Shown here: positions 22,331 through 36,069 of the stretch, piece after piece
Layout of the letters: each line of letters starts with the position of its first letter
How positions within the stretch are numbered: the first letter of the stretch is position 1
From: Phoronis australis
Lineage: Eukaryota > Animalia > Phoronida
Assembly (NCBI GenBank): GCA_002633005.1
Contig: NMRA01000007.1
Location: forward strand, 1,068,362-1,132,361
DNA length: 64,000 bases
Direction: 5' to 3'
Program-made: the position numbers and the translations under genes
The notes under the pieces: generated by a model
Seen by the model: only the letters and a program-made list of their open reading frames with translations
Told to the model about the DNA's origin: nothing
Databases searched by the model: none

Positions 22331-23825
22331 TAACGTGTTTTCTAGAAATATTTTGTTTTCCAAAATTGTTTCGCCTCCTGATACAGAGTACAGCTTAACT
22401 GATATTTACTCTAGACAACAAATTTATGTTCTTCCACACAAACTCTTGTTACCTCCTTATGTTAAAACCTTTAAATATTTCTATATTCATAGAAAAGTGT
22501 TTACAAAACTTAATTTGAAAAAGATGAACTTAGTAAGTGATGACAAGTGTACATCTTGTGGAACTATTAAGACATTTATCATATGTTTGCGGAATGTGGT
22601 TCTGTGAAAAACGTGGTGCGAAATTCAGAAACTATTAATTTACGTAACTGCACAACACGATTTAATCTTAGATAAAAATGTTATTTTGACAGCATATTTT
22701 TGATGTAATTTTGAAGATATCAATACCATATAAACTGGTTGCCAGTATTTCATTCATAAATGTTCTAGAGACCAGATTATTCCTTGATATTCACAATTTC
22801 AATGTTTCTTGTATAATTATTGTAAAGCAAAAAATATACAACCCCGTAAAACTGCCTTTTGGGAAACCCTCAATACTTATTTAGATTAGATCAACCGTGA
22901 AGTTCTACTACTTTGATATTAGCGTGTGTGTGTGCGAGTGTGTGTGTGCCTGTGTTTCATTCGCATATATCTCATTGTTGTATATCTTGGTGTATTTAGA
23001 AATAAAATGTTAATATGAAAAAAAAAACGCCTGAGTAATATGAACGGTCGTGACGGCCAATTTTGCTAGTGCTTTGCAAGAAGTCCCAGATACCCCAAAA
23101 CTTCTGGCGATTTCCGTTAGCAATTTTGTAGCTAGGCCACTTACTTCAAGGTACACATTCGCAGAGCTAAGAGACCTTTGTTTATCGACACATTAATTAG
23201 TTTATGGCATAAGGCCTGAACGAGTTTTGACATGGATTTTATATTAAAGGATGATAAACCCTGTTTTGAAGATTTCAACCAATCCCGCTCGCTCTGTCCA
23301 GTTAGTGCAACGTTAGCGTCCCACTGGAGCGATAAAAGCAGGGTTCAAATAAAAATTCGTACTTTCTTTGTCACGGATAGGATATTTTGGATCTTGGTGG
23401 GGGGTCTTTCCCTTCAGTTGTCACGTAACTCACGTAAGCGTAAGTCACGCTTGCTTGGCCGTTTAGCAAACTTGGCAAAGGATTTTCATCTTTTGCTCGA
23501 AACATTTGAGGGTAGTCAATGGTTACAGGGCATTATTTTATTTCAGAGAACTAGATGGAGACGTCGTTTTTTAATCAAAACCGGGTTTGGTACCCTTTTA
23601 AGAGAGACTAGGGAGGTGAGGAAACAAACTAACTGCTGGTGAAAATTGCCTCCTTCACTGACAACTCGTCTGTCGCTGGTTAAAACGCTAACATTTTCGC
23701 TAGCGTTTTCGCCACTTATCGATGAACCAAGCAATATATATCCCTTGTGTATCAATCATCTGTTTCTGAAGCTTAGCGCGGTTAACTCCGGTAACCGGGG
23801 TACATTTTATTTCTTCCGCGCATGA

Positions 23826-25481
23826 CAGTGCTGTAATGGGGCGTAGCCGCACGTAGGCGCAGCCAGTCAACCACTCTTTTGCAATTTAACGTAGCGCCTA
23901 CGCACCGTAAGTTACGGTATATAGTGGGACGTAGGCGCAGCCAACTTCCTTTTTACATTTTAACGTAGCCCATACGCACGTAATTTAAGTGACGGTATAG
24001 TGGGACGTAGTCTTCTTGATATGATAGCTTACGGTATCGATGCGCTGCATACAATGCTGTCGTCAGCGTAGCACTACGCTGACGACAGCATTGTTGCCCA
24101 ACATTTAGGCGCGCGCGACCGCCAGGAATGCTTAGATAAGATCATGATTGGCACAACTCGGCTATAAGTCGTCAAAAGTAAACAGCTCCATTTCATTGAA
24201 CGCACAACATCAACGTTTCGAGTTAGCAAGTGAAGACAGAAACAATGATTCGAGAGATCGGAGCATGTTTTTTGGATTACTGCGATACTTGGAAAGTCCC
24301 ACTTTCATTCAGAATCTTGCGCTGATGCTCCGTGTGCTAGAAGAGCTATCAAGCCTGTGCAGAAACACAACAATACCACGAGCAGAAAAGCTTATTCGTC
24401 GGATGGTTTGTGCCCTTAGTGGGTTAGTCTATGCTTGATAATACCGGGCAGGCATTAGCCACTGTACAGACATGAGCTCAAGAGAAGAGGTTTGGAACTT
24501 TAAGGAAACCCTAAAGGAACAAAAGTGACCATGCGTTCTGGACATGTTATTCAAAATGTTGTTGTGAACTTGGAGTGGCGTTCACTTGACAATGATGATC
24601 AGTCACTTTACTCTTTTCTGAGCATCTTGGACCCCAAAACGTGGCCGATGGGATCTGGGATAAGACGTGGCGAACACGATGTCAAGGGTATTTGCGAGAG
24701 GTTTGGGCTTGTTGCCACAACGGCAATCAAGGGAATGCGTGAGTTCGTAGCAATGGAGGAGGCGGTTAGAGTAGAGAACCTACCAAGTGCTCTGCGACAA
24801 CTAGACCTCTGCATTAGACTCTTCCTTGCACTACAGCTGAAAGTGAGCGAGGATCCAGCGAAATCAATCTGAATTTTGCCAACTTTAAAAACTAAATGAA
24901 AAATAAGAACAGCTGCTTGCAAGAAAGCCCTACTTGTAGTTTATGCATTATATATAAGCGCACGAACATGTGCGCATTGTTTATAGCGTTCACCTCATTA
25001 ATAAAACGTCAGCGCTTGTGTAACATCGTTTTTGTGTAATTAGTCTTTTAAGCGTGCAGAGTATCATATGTTTGCCGAGTTATGAAATTTTAAATTAATA
25101 TTTCAAGATAAAGTAACAATTATGGTGTTATACCATAGGCAGATAAAGGGGGCCCGGAGGACTAAAACGCCACCAGTATATCGTTTCTGGGCGTTTCGGG
25201 CCTATTCTCCTTTATAATTGTGTTTGGGCCCCCTCTTCAGAGACCGATTGGAATGCGCGTAAATCTCTGCGTTCAAATATGTGTGGTTGGGCCCCCTTTC
25301 TGCGACATCCTAGATCCGCCACTGCAGACTCGAACTAAATACCCACTCGTGAGTCAAAAATAGGCCTACATGTTTCTGAGTCAGGTTTTTCGAGTTCAAT
25401 GGACTTTTAAAATTCAGAGCTCAAGGCGATACGCTGGGCTTTGAGCGCCTACTTACATCTAATTTTACCACTACAGCACTT
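23826..25481 (+). mobile_element. Internally deleted hAT transposon with KIAA1586/ZNF862-type transposase relic
   Basis: TIRs cagtgctgtaatgg / ccactacagcact; subterminal cgtaggcgcagcca repeats; 24148-24900 encodes FIQNLALMLRVLEELSSL..TIPRAEKLI and LPCTTAESERGSSEINL (hATC dimerisation motif) across frameshifts. Confidence 0.8.
25134..25324 (-). mobile_element. Short CAGTGGCGGA/CATAGGC-ended MITE nested in the hAT relic
   Basis: Ends cataggcagat... and ...tagatccgccactg match the termini of 33149-34156 in reverse orientation. Confidence 0.65.
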
Positions 25482-25859
25482 TCATGACAACTAACTCCCG
25501 TTTTGTCCGTATTCCAGACGATACCAATTTTCAGAGGCATGATATCAACCTTTCTTTTTATAATCGACAAGCGCACTCTTTTGTCTGATGTCATGGCACA
25601 AGCGCTAATTATCTACCACGCTAAATGAAAACATTTAAGAGGCATGGAACACGACACAAACTCGTAAAAATTCCTTTTAAACAGATCTTCGCGAATTTAA
25701 TTCTTGGGTATGCTAACGTGAGAGTTACCCACTTTGAATATTGCAAAAAAATCTTGAAAAATCATCAGATTCACTATTTTTGAAACACATTCCAATGCAG
25801 TTTTCAAATATTCTCCGCCCTTGTATTATATATGCGCGCATGCGCTTAACAAAATCTCA

Positions 25860-26130
25860 CTGGTGTCAGAGGTCACATTTTCCATACAAGGGAAATGTGC
25901 AACGGCTATGCCTTTCAATAACATATAAGGAAACTTGCTTTGCCGCGTGGAAGAAAAATTGGCAAAGTGACGAGTAGTTGACAAATCGTATTTCTTTTGA
26001 AATTTGAAATGAAAAGGAAAATGCTTGGACATCGACAGAAATTCAAAATCTTTACGAACAAATTGTAAAAATCACCTGGTGAACGGATTGACTTCTGATT
26101 CAGTGACAGAAAACCACTTTGAATAACGCA
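25860..26130 (+). repeat. Dispersed repeat, inverted copy at ~55460-55710
   Basis: aagggaaatgtgcaacggctatgc...gtggaagaaaaatt..aagtg..agttgaca shared between the two loci. Confidence 0.7.
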
Positions 26131-28216
26131 AGTTTGACTGTTTTTCACGTTCTATGCCTGTTTAATGTAAGCAATGTCACAACATTCGTGACATCAAGGG
26201 CTGACGGCGACACTGGCTTCCCCGGTTGATAAAAAGCATTGTCCAATTAGATGACACAACAAAGGGCCCGGTTCCCTAATGAATACCAGCGAAGTCGCGG
26301 GTTGTCAAACTCGCCAAGGCAAATTGCACGCTCAAAAATCTGTTGATGTCTCAAATGCTGGAAACCAATGTTCTGCAACATGCTGCTAACAGAACGATAG
26401 TTGCTATGGCCGACTTTGTGAGCTGTCAGTTTAAAAGCCCCGGTCACTATGTTTAATATCCGAAGTCCTACCCAAGTCCTTTAATCACCAATAGTCAGCC
26501 AGTTTTACTAAATATGCTTAATTCTGAATTCCACCGTTCTGTCGCTGTCGCCTTAACATGCTCTTACACTCAAACGGGTATGTAGATGGATTTACTCATA
26601 TAGTTTGTAAACAGCATTTGTCTGCCACATTCCCTTCTGCCGAAGCGTTCGGCGTTTTTTGCCTAATCTCAGAACATATTTACAAAAGTCGTGAACATTT
26701 TCAATGTGGTGTACACCATACTTCTACTTCGTAGTGTTGGAGAATTACAGGACTGTTAGATAGGGCTTAATCATGTCGAGACCACCTTGCCTTGCTTCTC
26801 TTGGTATAATTTACGACACTGACTCCACTTGAGTCTACAAAAGAATGTAACTCCCAAGTATTCATTGTTGGAATTAACCTCAACAATTTAAAATTCCCAA
26901 TTTACTTCTCTCAGTACTACACCCCACGTGACTAAGAAAGCACTATTCTCATTGGTCAATCTGTGCTTTAGCCAATGAAAAGCAAGGCCACATACAAAGA
27001 CATGTTTGCTTCAACGGAAGCCATTTTTGACAGATGTAAATATTTGTTTTTATTCGTTCGAAAATGGATTTTTGCTTATGTCATTTTAATAACAATGAGT
27101 CAAATGACTTATTGTTATAAATATGACGTAAACAACATTTATTTTCGAGCCTAAGAAGTGTGGCTCTCTGTATTAATACAGGCGGTCCCGCTCGAAAACC
27201 ACCAAGAGCGGGGCCCTCCATATTAAAATAAGTGGCCCACTTGTTGACTGCCGTCTGGTGGACCCACTATATTTGTATGAGGACCCCGCTTTTTAATGAG
27301 AATGAGTCATTTTGGATAATAAGCTGTCACATATTCCAGTTTGAAGACTGGGGTAACGGTAATCCCTTGACTGCACATTTTTAATATTGCAATGTGTTTC
27401 AGAGATATGAGATTTTCATACCGCTGCGGATGTGAAAATTTTACGTACTGAGCTCTGTATATTCTCAGCAGGCCTTGGGCAAAATACCCCTAACTTAGAG
27501 ACCAGGGGGAAACTGAGGAAACACACTATGTTAACATTAAGATTTTCGTTAATTATTAAGTACTGGAAGACATTGGAAATTCCTTAAAGAGAACAGATTA
27601 TGTTCTGTTTGTGTCCTATACTTTGTAGAAGACGAATATCATTTTTAATTAAGTGCCCACTTTATGAACTGTGAAATTATTTTAGAAAATGTCAGTCTGA
27701 AGTGTGTAAATTTTATGTTATCTAAATATTTGTTAGCAGCTGGTATCAGAAGAGACGATGTAGATACGTAAGTTTTGGGTCAATGAGCTTTGTACAACAA
27801 CGAAATAAACATATTTAAATTAGATAGCTAATGTTTCGGAACAATACAAGACATCTGGGTTTGGGAACAGCTTTGGGAAGGCAGAAAATAGCCTTTTCAT
27901 ACCAAATTACTTAGTACTTTTCCTTTGAACATGTGCCATCATAGAAATTTGGAAATTTCACCCAGCACCGGATGTTGAATTGTACTTAACAAATCCTGCA
28001 AGCTTATGCTTAGTCTAGGGAGAAATACACCAAAAGTTGCCACAGAGGCAGGCATACCACTAAGGTATATTAAAACTGTAATTCTATAAACTTGTAAATA
28101 AACCTATCATCTCAGTTGTGAAATATGTATGTTAAGCCTCCAAAATGAGGGATGCTAGTGCACATAGTATGCACAACTGTTTTTATTGAAATAAATATTT
28201 ACCTATCGGAGGCCTG

Positions 28217-29472
28217 GGCCCGGTCTCCAATCTCCGTACTCAGACTCATACTCATACTCGAGATTTCATACTCAAAATCGTGCTCACTGGAGTCGTACTC
28301 AAAAAAGCGTATCTAATGTCGTATTTCGAGTAGACTCCAAACGTACTCAAATCTGACACTCATACTCGAGTTGCTATGGAACTCTTTATGATGTGAAATG
28401 CAAAATCACGCAAAGCCGCGCTGATTCNNNNNNNNNNNNNNNNNNNNNNNNNNNNNNNNNNNNNNNNNNNNNNNNNNNNNNNNNNNNNNNNNNNNNNNNN
28501 NNNNNNNNNNNNNNNNNNNNNNNNNNNNNNNNNNNNNNNNNNNNNNNNNNNNNNNNNNNNNNNNNNNNNNNNNNNNNNNNNNNNNNNNNNNNNNNNNNNN
28601 NNNNNNNNNNNNNNNNNNNNNNNNNNNNNNNNNNNNNNNNNNNNNNNNNNNNNNNNNNNNNNNNNNNNNNNNNNNNNNNNNNNNNNNNNNNNNNNNNNNN
28701 NNNNNNNNNNNNNNNNNNNNNNNNNNNNNNNNNNNNNNNNNNNNNNNNNNNNNNNNNNNNNNNNNNNNNNNNNNNNNNNNNNNNNNNNNNNNNNNNNNNN
28801 NNNNNNNNNNNNNNNNNNNNNNNNNNNNNNNNNNNNNNNNNNNNNNNNNNNNNNNNNNNNNNNNNNNNNNNNNNNNNNNNNNNNNNNNNNNNNNNNNNNN
28901 NNNNNNNNNNNNNNNNNNNNNNNNNNNNNNNNNNNNNNNNNNNNNNNNNNNNNNNNNNNNNNNNNNNNNNNNNNNNNNNNNNNNNNNNNNNNNNNNNNNN
29001 NNNNNNNNNNNNNNNNNNNNNNNNNNNNNNNNNNNNNNNNNNNNNNNNNNNNNNNNNNNNNNNNNNNNNNNNNNNNNNNNNNNNNNNNNNNNNNNNNNNN
29101 NNNNNNNNNNNNNNNNNNNNNNNNNNNNNNNNNNNNNNNNNNNNNNNNNNNNNNNNNNNNNNNNNNNNNNNNNNNNNNNNNNNNNNNNNNNNNNNNNNNN
29201 NNNNNNNNNNNNNNNNNNNNNNNNNNNNNNNNNNNNNNNNNNNNNNNNNNNNNNNNNNNNNNNNNNNNNNNNNNNNNNNNNNNNNTCGAAATATAGATGA
29301 GATACACTTCAGTTCGAGTACACTCGAAAACTGAGTACGTGCTCGAAATTTCGAGTACAGATTTTTCGAGTATGACATTGAATACACCAAAGCTGAGTCT
29401 GTACTCGAGTTGAGTATGAAGTGTGAGTTTGAGCATGATTCGAGTCTGAGTACGGAGATTGGAGACCGGGCC
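28217..29472. mobile_element. PIF/Harbinger-like TIR element spanning the assembly gap
   Basis: ~31-bp TIRs ggcccggtctccaatctccgtactcagactc; 3-bp TSD CTG; internal short (ta)ctc repeats. Confidence 0.8.
28428..29285. other. Assembly gap (N run)
   Basis: Run of n. Confidence 1.
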
Positions 29473-30043
29473 CTGGTTATATTTGAGAGCCTAGCTTTCC
29501 GGCACACCTTGGGCTCTTCGTCGGGGCACTCACTGACGGAGGTTCCGTGTCACGTGGCCTGTGGGCGGTGCTTGGTGGTCGTCAAACACCACCTGGTGGT
29601 TGTCACTGGCAAATGGCAGATAATTCGTAACCACTGTCTGTATTCAACTCTGGCTGGTTACTACTATTCAACGGCTCCAGCTATGAACATTCATTCTACA
29701 TGTTTATCATGTATATATGTTGTTCTTCTGGCCAATGTCCGTGTATACAAATAAATCATGTCACACCTTTGAAAAAACCATAAATTGTTTTACCGGCTTT
29801 GACATACATGCCATAATATTTTATTTTAGAAATTGATTTGTGCAAATCCACTGCTTTAGGTAAACGTAGCTTTAAATGTTGTTGAAAAAACTGTTTCCAC
29901 TGGTTTGTGTGCATCCTTTGTCTTGGCAACCGTTTTTTGGTTTTTGTTCTACTGGTTAAGGTGGATCTTTGACAAAGCAAACAAACAATTCAAATTGTTT
30001 AAAATTTCGTAAGTATGTTGCGAGCGCAGCTTACAACACTTGG

Positions 30044-30182
30044 CAGAGTTCAGTAACGTTAAGATCTCGCTAAAAAGCAAGACTTCGCGAGACTACGTGA
30101 GATATTGCCGTGTGTTTTAAATGAGAACACGTTATTTTGATTAAATTTTAGCGAAGTCCTAGCGTTACTGAACTCTACCCTG
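30044..30182. mobile_element. ~150-bp MITE family, copy 2
   Basis: agagttcagtaacg...cgttactgaactct. Confidence 0.7.
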
Positions 30183-30865
30183 TTCTAATTCTAAAATGCC
30201 TGCTTACCATGGCAACAATACGCTTAAAAGTTTTTAAGAAAGGTTGTTAAAAATATTTTGAGTATGGTTTTAAACTTAACAAAATGACTATTTACAGAAT
30301 GCCAAAATGCAATACACAGCCATTTTGAACTGTTGACAACTCTTTATATATATCTGTACCGGAACCACCCACTGCGAATCAATGAAATACAGTACAAACT
30401 CGATCGGCCAGTTTCACTGCTACGGTTTTTTTGTGCGGAGCTATTATCGCATGAGCGATAAATTCTCTGCAATAAACCACAGGCTAAAATAAATTAACAT
30501 AAGTAAACTTCTCCAGTTACACCTTTAACCTTCACAGTTCTATAGTCTGTTAAACATATGCGTTGATGAAGTTTCAAAAGGTACATCTAGAACAAGTCTG
30601 GCAGCCTGCTTCTGAGCCTTCAGTTAAGAGGAAACCAATTTTGCATTGCATCCTGAAGAGGACCATGCTGTATATTAGCCTTTGGCAAAGCCAATAACTA
30701 TTTGAAATTAAAAGTGGAACATGTATCGATGATCATTTTGTTACTACCGGTAAGTGGCAGAAGGCTGAGTGGTCTGCTACCTTGCTCAGTTGCTATTATA
30801 CACGTTCAAATAGTGGCCACTGACCAATGTATAGGAATGTTTTCACGATTGTCGATCAGACTCTG

Positions 30866-32032
30866 CTATAGTTTTGTGATTGAAAAAAAATGATCCACTT
30901 TAAGAACCTTTCGTCTACGGAAGTGATTCGACATTTTCGACCAAAGCAATGTTAGGTTCACAGGCGACAGTTCAAAGCAAAATGACAAACAGTCCTCGCA
31001 TGTGGCCATTAACAAAGGGTTTTTCACAAACTCTTTCCCCACCCTTTCATGCACGATCCTGTCGGTGTCAACGAGTGGAACTTGAAGTTTTCTCGCAACA
31101 AAGCTTAAATAGACATCGTCATGATCAACAGCATCTATGTACTCCATAGCAATATTCAAGTCTTTTGCATACTGTATATTGATAATGAAAGTACCCGCTG
31201 GCGTAAGCGGAGGGAATTTGGAAAAGGGATACTTCTCGGCGGGAAGGACCAAAAGTTTACCACTAGGGTCTTTGGCTCTACGAGGTTTGTAAACCCCTTT
31301 GAACCATCCCAAATAGAGTCTTCTCATCTGAGCAATAGCATCTGAGCTCAGAGTCCCAGCGATGTTCCACGGGTTTAAAAGAACATCATCATCGGCAAAC
31401 ACAAGATACTTGACGTTGGCACAATGCATGGTAACCCACTGTACAGTCAATATAAATTTCCATGTCGTTTTTTCGTAGCTGTCAAAAAAATCCCATTGTA
31501 GTATATCGTTGTTGATTTCGTTTTCCTTCTTCAGGGCCTTTTCCGTTTGGTCAGACGAGGATTTTGCGACAAGAAAAACTCGCTTTAATTTAATTCCCTG
31601 CAAAACGTTCTCATTGCCCCATGTTTGGCGAATAGCCTGACGGCGATCAGCGGAAAGCGGCGTAGACTTGATGAGATAAATCATAAAAAGTGGAAGGTTA
31701 TCGTCACAGAAGGAAGGATGCAAAACAATGTCTTGGTGGACCACGTTGATTGGACGAATGTCAGTTTTGTGGCCATTCCGCACGTGGTAAATCATGTCAT
31801 CCAAGTCCACATTAAGTGGGTAATGATGAAACAAATCAAGAGAGTTGTTCCCTGCTCCAGGATGAAATTTGGTTCCAGGTTTATCAACGATTCTTTTCAC
31901 GTGCCATACCTTTTCGCTTTCGAATCTTGACATCCAATGGCTTAAATTGCTCTTCCAAAATATACAGACTGCAGCAGTGAAAATACAAGAAACAAATAAT
32001 ATTTTTAGTTTAGATCTTTTAAAAACGTACAT
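30866..32032 (-). CDS. GT31 beta-1,3-glycosyltransferase (B3GalT/brainiac-like), 388 aa, single coding exon
   Basis: N-terminal type II TM anchor; IKS..RRQAIRQTWG, DILQWDFFDSY, ADDDV (DxD), YPFSKFPP, DDVYL. Confidence 0.92.
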   Translation of the reverse strand: MYVFKRSKLKILFVSCIFTAAVCIFWKSNLSHWMSRFESEKVWHVKRIVDKPGTKFHPGAGNNSLDLFHHYPLNVDLDDMIYHVRNGHKTDIRPINVVHQDIVLHPSFCDDNLPLFMIYLIKSTPLSADRRQAIRQTWGNENVLQGIKLKRVFLVAKSSSDQTEKALKKENEINNDILQWDFFDSYEKTTWKFILTVQWVTMHCANVKYLVFADDDVLLNPWNIAGTLSSDAIAQMRRLYLGWFKGVYKPRRAKDPSGKLLVLPAEKYPFSKFPPLTPAGTFIINIQYAKDLNIAMEYIDAVDHDDVYLSFVARKLQVPLVDTDRIVHERVGKEFVKNPLLMATCEDCLSFCFELSPVNLTLLWSKMSNHFRRRKVLKVDHFFSITKL

Positions 32033-32399
32033 CTTCGTGCAACGTCTGTATAGCTAACAGCTGCGTCGAGAAATGGCGAAGAGAAGACACTGGACATTAG
32101 TTAATTGTTTTATTCCACCAGTCTCTGGATATTGATGCGGGGTGGTTTGAAAATATGGGGGGGGGCTATAGCGCCCACTTTCTATAAGCAGCTATTTACA
32201 AATAGACGAAAATCAATTAAGTGATTTAATTGTGTGTGTTCATTACGATTAAAAATCCTTACACTTATTGTTTTATAAAATTTTTAAAAGAAATGTAGGC
32301 GCCTTTGTTTGCCTGCCGCGCACAGGAAAATGTATCAAGGTAGGCAGTGTCTTCGCGGGTGACCCATGAGCGAAAATGTCTTTTCGTGTATGGTAGGCG

Positions 32400-33075
32400 C
32401 AGTGCTACTTAATTCCAATTTGTGTATGACATAAATCGAAATTATTTGACATAAATCCAAATTATATCTGACACAAATCAGAATGATGTCTGACATAAAT
32501 CTGGATTATGTCAGACAAAAATAATTTGTCTGACATAACTCTCGAATAATATCGTACATAATTCATTAATGCCAAAAATAATCCTATTTATATCAGATGT
32601 AAATCAGATTAATAACCACCATTATTCTATTTATATCTGACATTAATTGTATTGATGTCTGATATGAGTCGGCCGATAAGATTCGTCGATACATTCTCCA
32701 CGCTTACTACCCAAATATGGCGCTTCTTACGGACGCTGTTGTTTTTCTGCAAAATTTAAAGGAGTTGTGAACGAGTGTTTTAGACTTTCATTCATTGATG
32801 AAAGCGTAAACATGGAAAACGTTAACAGGTTGCTGAATCAACTGGAAACAATGCGGGCTGAATCAATGAATGTATCGACGATTCTCATTGGCTGACGCGT
32901 GTAAGACATAAATACAATTTATATCGGATATAAATAAATTAATTAATAAATAGAATAATGATTGACATTAATGGATTATGCACGATATTGTTCGAAAATT
33001 ATGTCAGATATAAATTAATTTACGCCAGACATAATCCGATTTATGTCAGACATAAGTCGGGATTATATCGCACTG
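32400..33075. mobile_element. Non-autonomous element with inverted arrays of ~22-bp subterminal repeats
   Basis: cagtgc...gcactg ends; repeated gacataaatc and ttatgtcaga units at 32425-32670 and 32905-33070. Confidence 0.55.
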
Positions 33076-33148
33076 CAACTGTCGGCGACACATACGACAG
33101 CCAATCACTGAAAGCTTTAAGATGCCAAAACGCAGTCACCTTCATATT

Positions 33149-34156
33149 CAGTGGCGGATGTAGGATATCCCATGGGGGGCCCAACATTTCGTCCAGCTGT
33201 AAGCAATTGCGCAAACTACGTTTGTAGATGCGCATAGCACCGAATGGGGGGAGGTCGGGAGGGGGTGGGCTCCCCTCCCGCCCAGGAAATTTTTCTGTTT
33301 TTTCCTCTAAAAATCAAGCATTTTCCTTTATTCCTGAAGTATTATCCAAGAAAAAAGACAAAAGAAACACGGAGAACGTGTCAAACAGGAAAAACTGGAA
33401 GTACCAGAGACACGAACTCACGACCTGGCGGACAGAGCGCGAGTACTTTACCACTACACCACCACGACTTATCTCCTAATAAGAGACCTACTTGTTTATG
33501 ATCCACAGCGTTTGCGCGCTAAATCCACTTCTTTTTGTAATGCTTATTACACGTTTTATATTTTGTGCAATCGGTTCTTAACAAATTTGTTGTATTTAAA
33601 ATAGTCTTCAAATGCCCAAAAGACCAAATCCGTTTTTCGTGTTGGCAATAATGACGGAATTGCTTTGGAAATAGTCTTAAGTTAAGGTTTGAGAAAGAGA
33701 GAATTATGAGTTTCTGAGTGATTCACTAAGGCTTCGATTAAAATTCACATCTTACCAGCAGCTTCTGTTTTTTCATCGTCACTCAGGTTCCATTTTCTTT
33801 AAAAAATGAAGTAAATTTTCTTCATTGCACAGTGGAGCAGACGACGGAAACGGAGTCGTAGTGCGCAGCGCCACTGCCGGTCGCCTGGGATATCGCGGGA
33901 GAGCCTATACTTAGCCAGAATTCCGTTACGAATGCGCCGTGTTCCGAATTTGACACTTGAAATTGGATCTGAGCTCCCCCCCTCCCCCAAACACTAAAAC
34001 TGCACACATTTAAATCTTGTTTCATCCGTATAATTTTAATTACCGGGGTTAATTAATCAACTCAACATTTCCCTAGACGCTCTTGCTGTTTTATTTTTTG
34101 GGGGCAGCCAAAGGGGGGGGGGCGGGGCCCTTGGACCCTCCCTAAATCCGCCTATG
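33149..34156 (+). mobile_element. hAT5-like non-autonomous element with 5-bp TSD
   Basis: Ends cagtggcggat / atccgcctatg; TSD atatt at 33144-33148 and 34157-34161. Confidence 0.75.
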
Positions 34157-36069
34157 ATATTGATGGTTGAATGACACTTATTTAGACATTAGTACATTAT
34201 GTTATTTACGCTGCACGGCCCCGGCGTTTACGAGTTAATCAATTTCGACTTCATGCTTAAAAAAGTACAGCATTGTCGCTATTGTTCCAGTGAGCAAACC
34301 CAAATACAAATTTCATCAGAAACACTTGAAAAGAGTGTTAAATGATAGCTTTAGACAAGCCATTTATACATTTTTTTGAATTTTCAAATCGGTTCGGCGG
34401 TTCTCGAGTTATTTGAATTTTAGAGCCTCAAAATGGCCCTTTTTTCTGCAAACAGCACCCAGAAATTTCAAGCCACAGAAAATGGCAAGTTTAGACAACT
34501 ATACGTGGTTATCCATAGCTCACATTGTTCTTAAAACAAGATGAAGAGTCCTTTGCAAGTAGGTTAACAACATGGCATAGACACCAAACCACAAATTATT
34601 ATATTTTGCACGAACAAGAACAACAAAAATTGAAAAATTCACCACCGACTTATTTTTTTCGATTTGTGACAGGACATTTTTGCCCTTGAAGCTAAGTTTA
34701 ACAAGTGATGTTTTCAAAAGAGAGCAACTTTTTACCTTGAAAATGACAAAACACTAAAGAATTACTATGGTTTAGTGAACATGTTTCTTTTGCTCCAAAA
34801 GATATTGAAATAATTCTAAAAATGAAACTTGCATAACAAATGAATTCAAAATGAGCAAAAACCAGAAAACTAGTCTTTTTCAGAGTATTTCGTTATTTAT
34901 TTAAAAACCTGTGAGGTTATGTAAATTAATTTTTTCCCAAGTAAGATCAATGCTTTCACAATCTTAAGTTGCACATCAAATGACCAAAAATGATAATATG
35001 CATTTTTAATTAAACAAAATTAAATTGGACCCTAAAATTTCAACGAATTTTAAAACAATTTCATTTCTATCAAATAATATAGAAACTGAGAGGTGTTGTG
35101 TTGGTAACTACCCAAAAAGAGCATATTTGTATTCTAAAGTATTTTGATGCACTGCAGTATTGACTGAACATTTATTTTTGTGAAATATGTAATTTTCTAA
35201 AAATGAAACTGATCATAGCGCCACCACGAGGTTGTAAAAGTGTAACAACAAATATTGTTGAAGAAAATAGAAAAAATGACCCTATTCCCAAAATTGAAGT
35301 AAATTAAATTTTAAAAGTATTCTATATTATTTTAATGGAAATATTTCACCAGGTTTGGGCCACTTTTTGTAATTTAGAGATCTTTTGACTGGTTCTGTTG
35401 AATACATTTAACCAATCAGGTTCGAGTTTAGTGTGAACCCTGGAAAGGTCAAGAGGGTTCTTGAAAAATGACTGAAGTTACCTTTTTAGAAGTGTTCCTA
35501 AATGGAAATGGTGAGATAAAGTGAAAAATTTTGATCAGGAATGGATTAGGACATGATTGGTGATTATAACATTGAGTGTACACTTTCAGGATTTTTCCAG
35601 GTGAGAGAGAAGCGAGGCAGTAAATTAAAAAAGTACATTTTCTCATATTTTTGTCAAAAAAATAAAAAAGTGTACACTCATGGTTGAAAGCAATATTTTG
35701 TAGCAAGCAGTTTGATATAAATATCATTAAAATCGATTAGTAACGGCCATCTAACAGCTAAAAGTTTGACCCCTACTGAAAGTCACAAGAATTTACCGGT
35801 GAGTGAAAAATTTGTGAAGTGCTCGCTTTACTTCAATTTTTAAAAATACTCTTTAATGCCCAAATTTTTGTAACAGAAAGAAAAAAATTAAATGGCAACT
35901 TTTCATTTTCCACCACTTAGTATGCTAAAAGATATGAGGTTGTGAAAATCATGGAAAATGGCAAAATTTCGCTCTTGCTGAATTTCCGCCATATTGGTTT
36001 GCTCACCCTGCAGTAGACACTTGAAGGTGTCAATGTTGGTCCGAATGAATCTAATGTGTGAATCGTTTT

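Larger units (their letters stand above)
19200..23027 (+). mobile_element. Decayed L1-clade (Tx1-like) LINE: ORF2 endonuclease, RT and C-terminal Cys-His region, 3' UTR, AATAAA and A-tail; interrupted at 21373-22325
   Basis: HSRGVAI, DPDGRY, GDFN, SRIDY, SDH (APE); PGNDGL, WRLISPLNTDYKIL, LDFCKAYD, GVRQGDSLSG, LQYA (RT); WNNK..GIIFVKDL and DDKCTSC; many frameshifts and stops; aataaa at 23001 then an A-run. Confidence 0.9.

Noticed and set aside
22019-22607. Poly-Ile/Tyr/Leu ORFs
   Set aside because: They are translations of the (ATT/GTT)n LINE tail; only the distal part of 22071-22607 is real, as LINE ORF2 remnant.
28360-29507. Three ORFs over 300 aa
   Set aside because: They read through the N gap.
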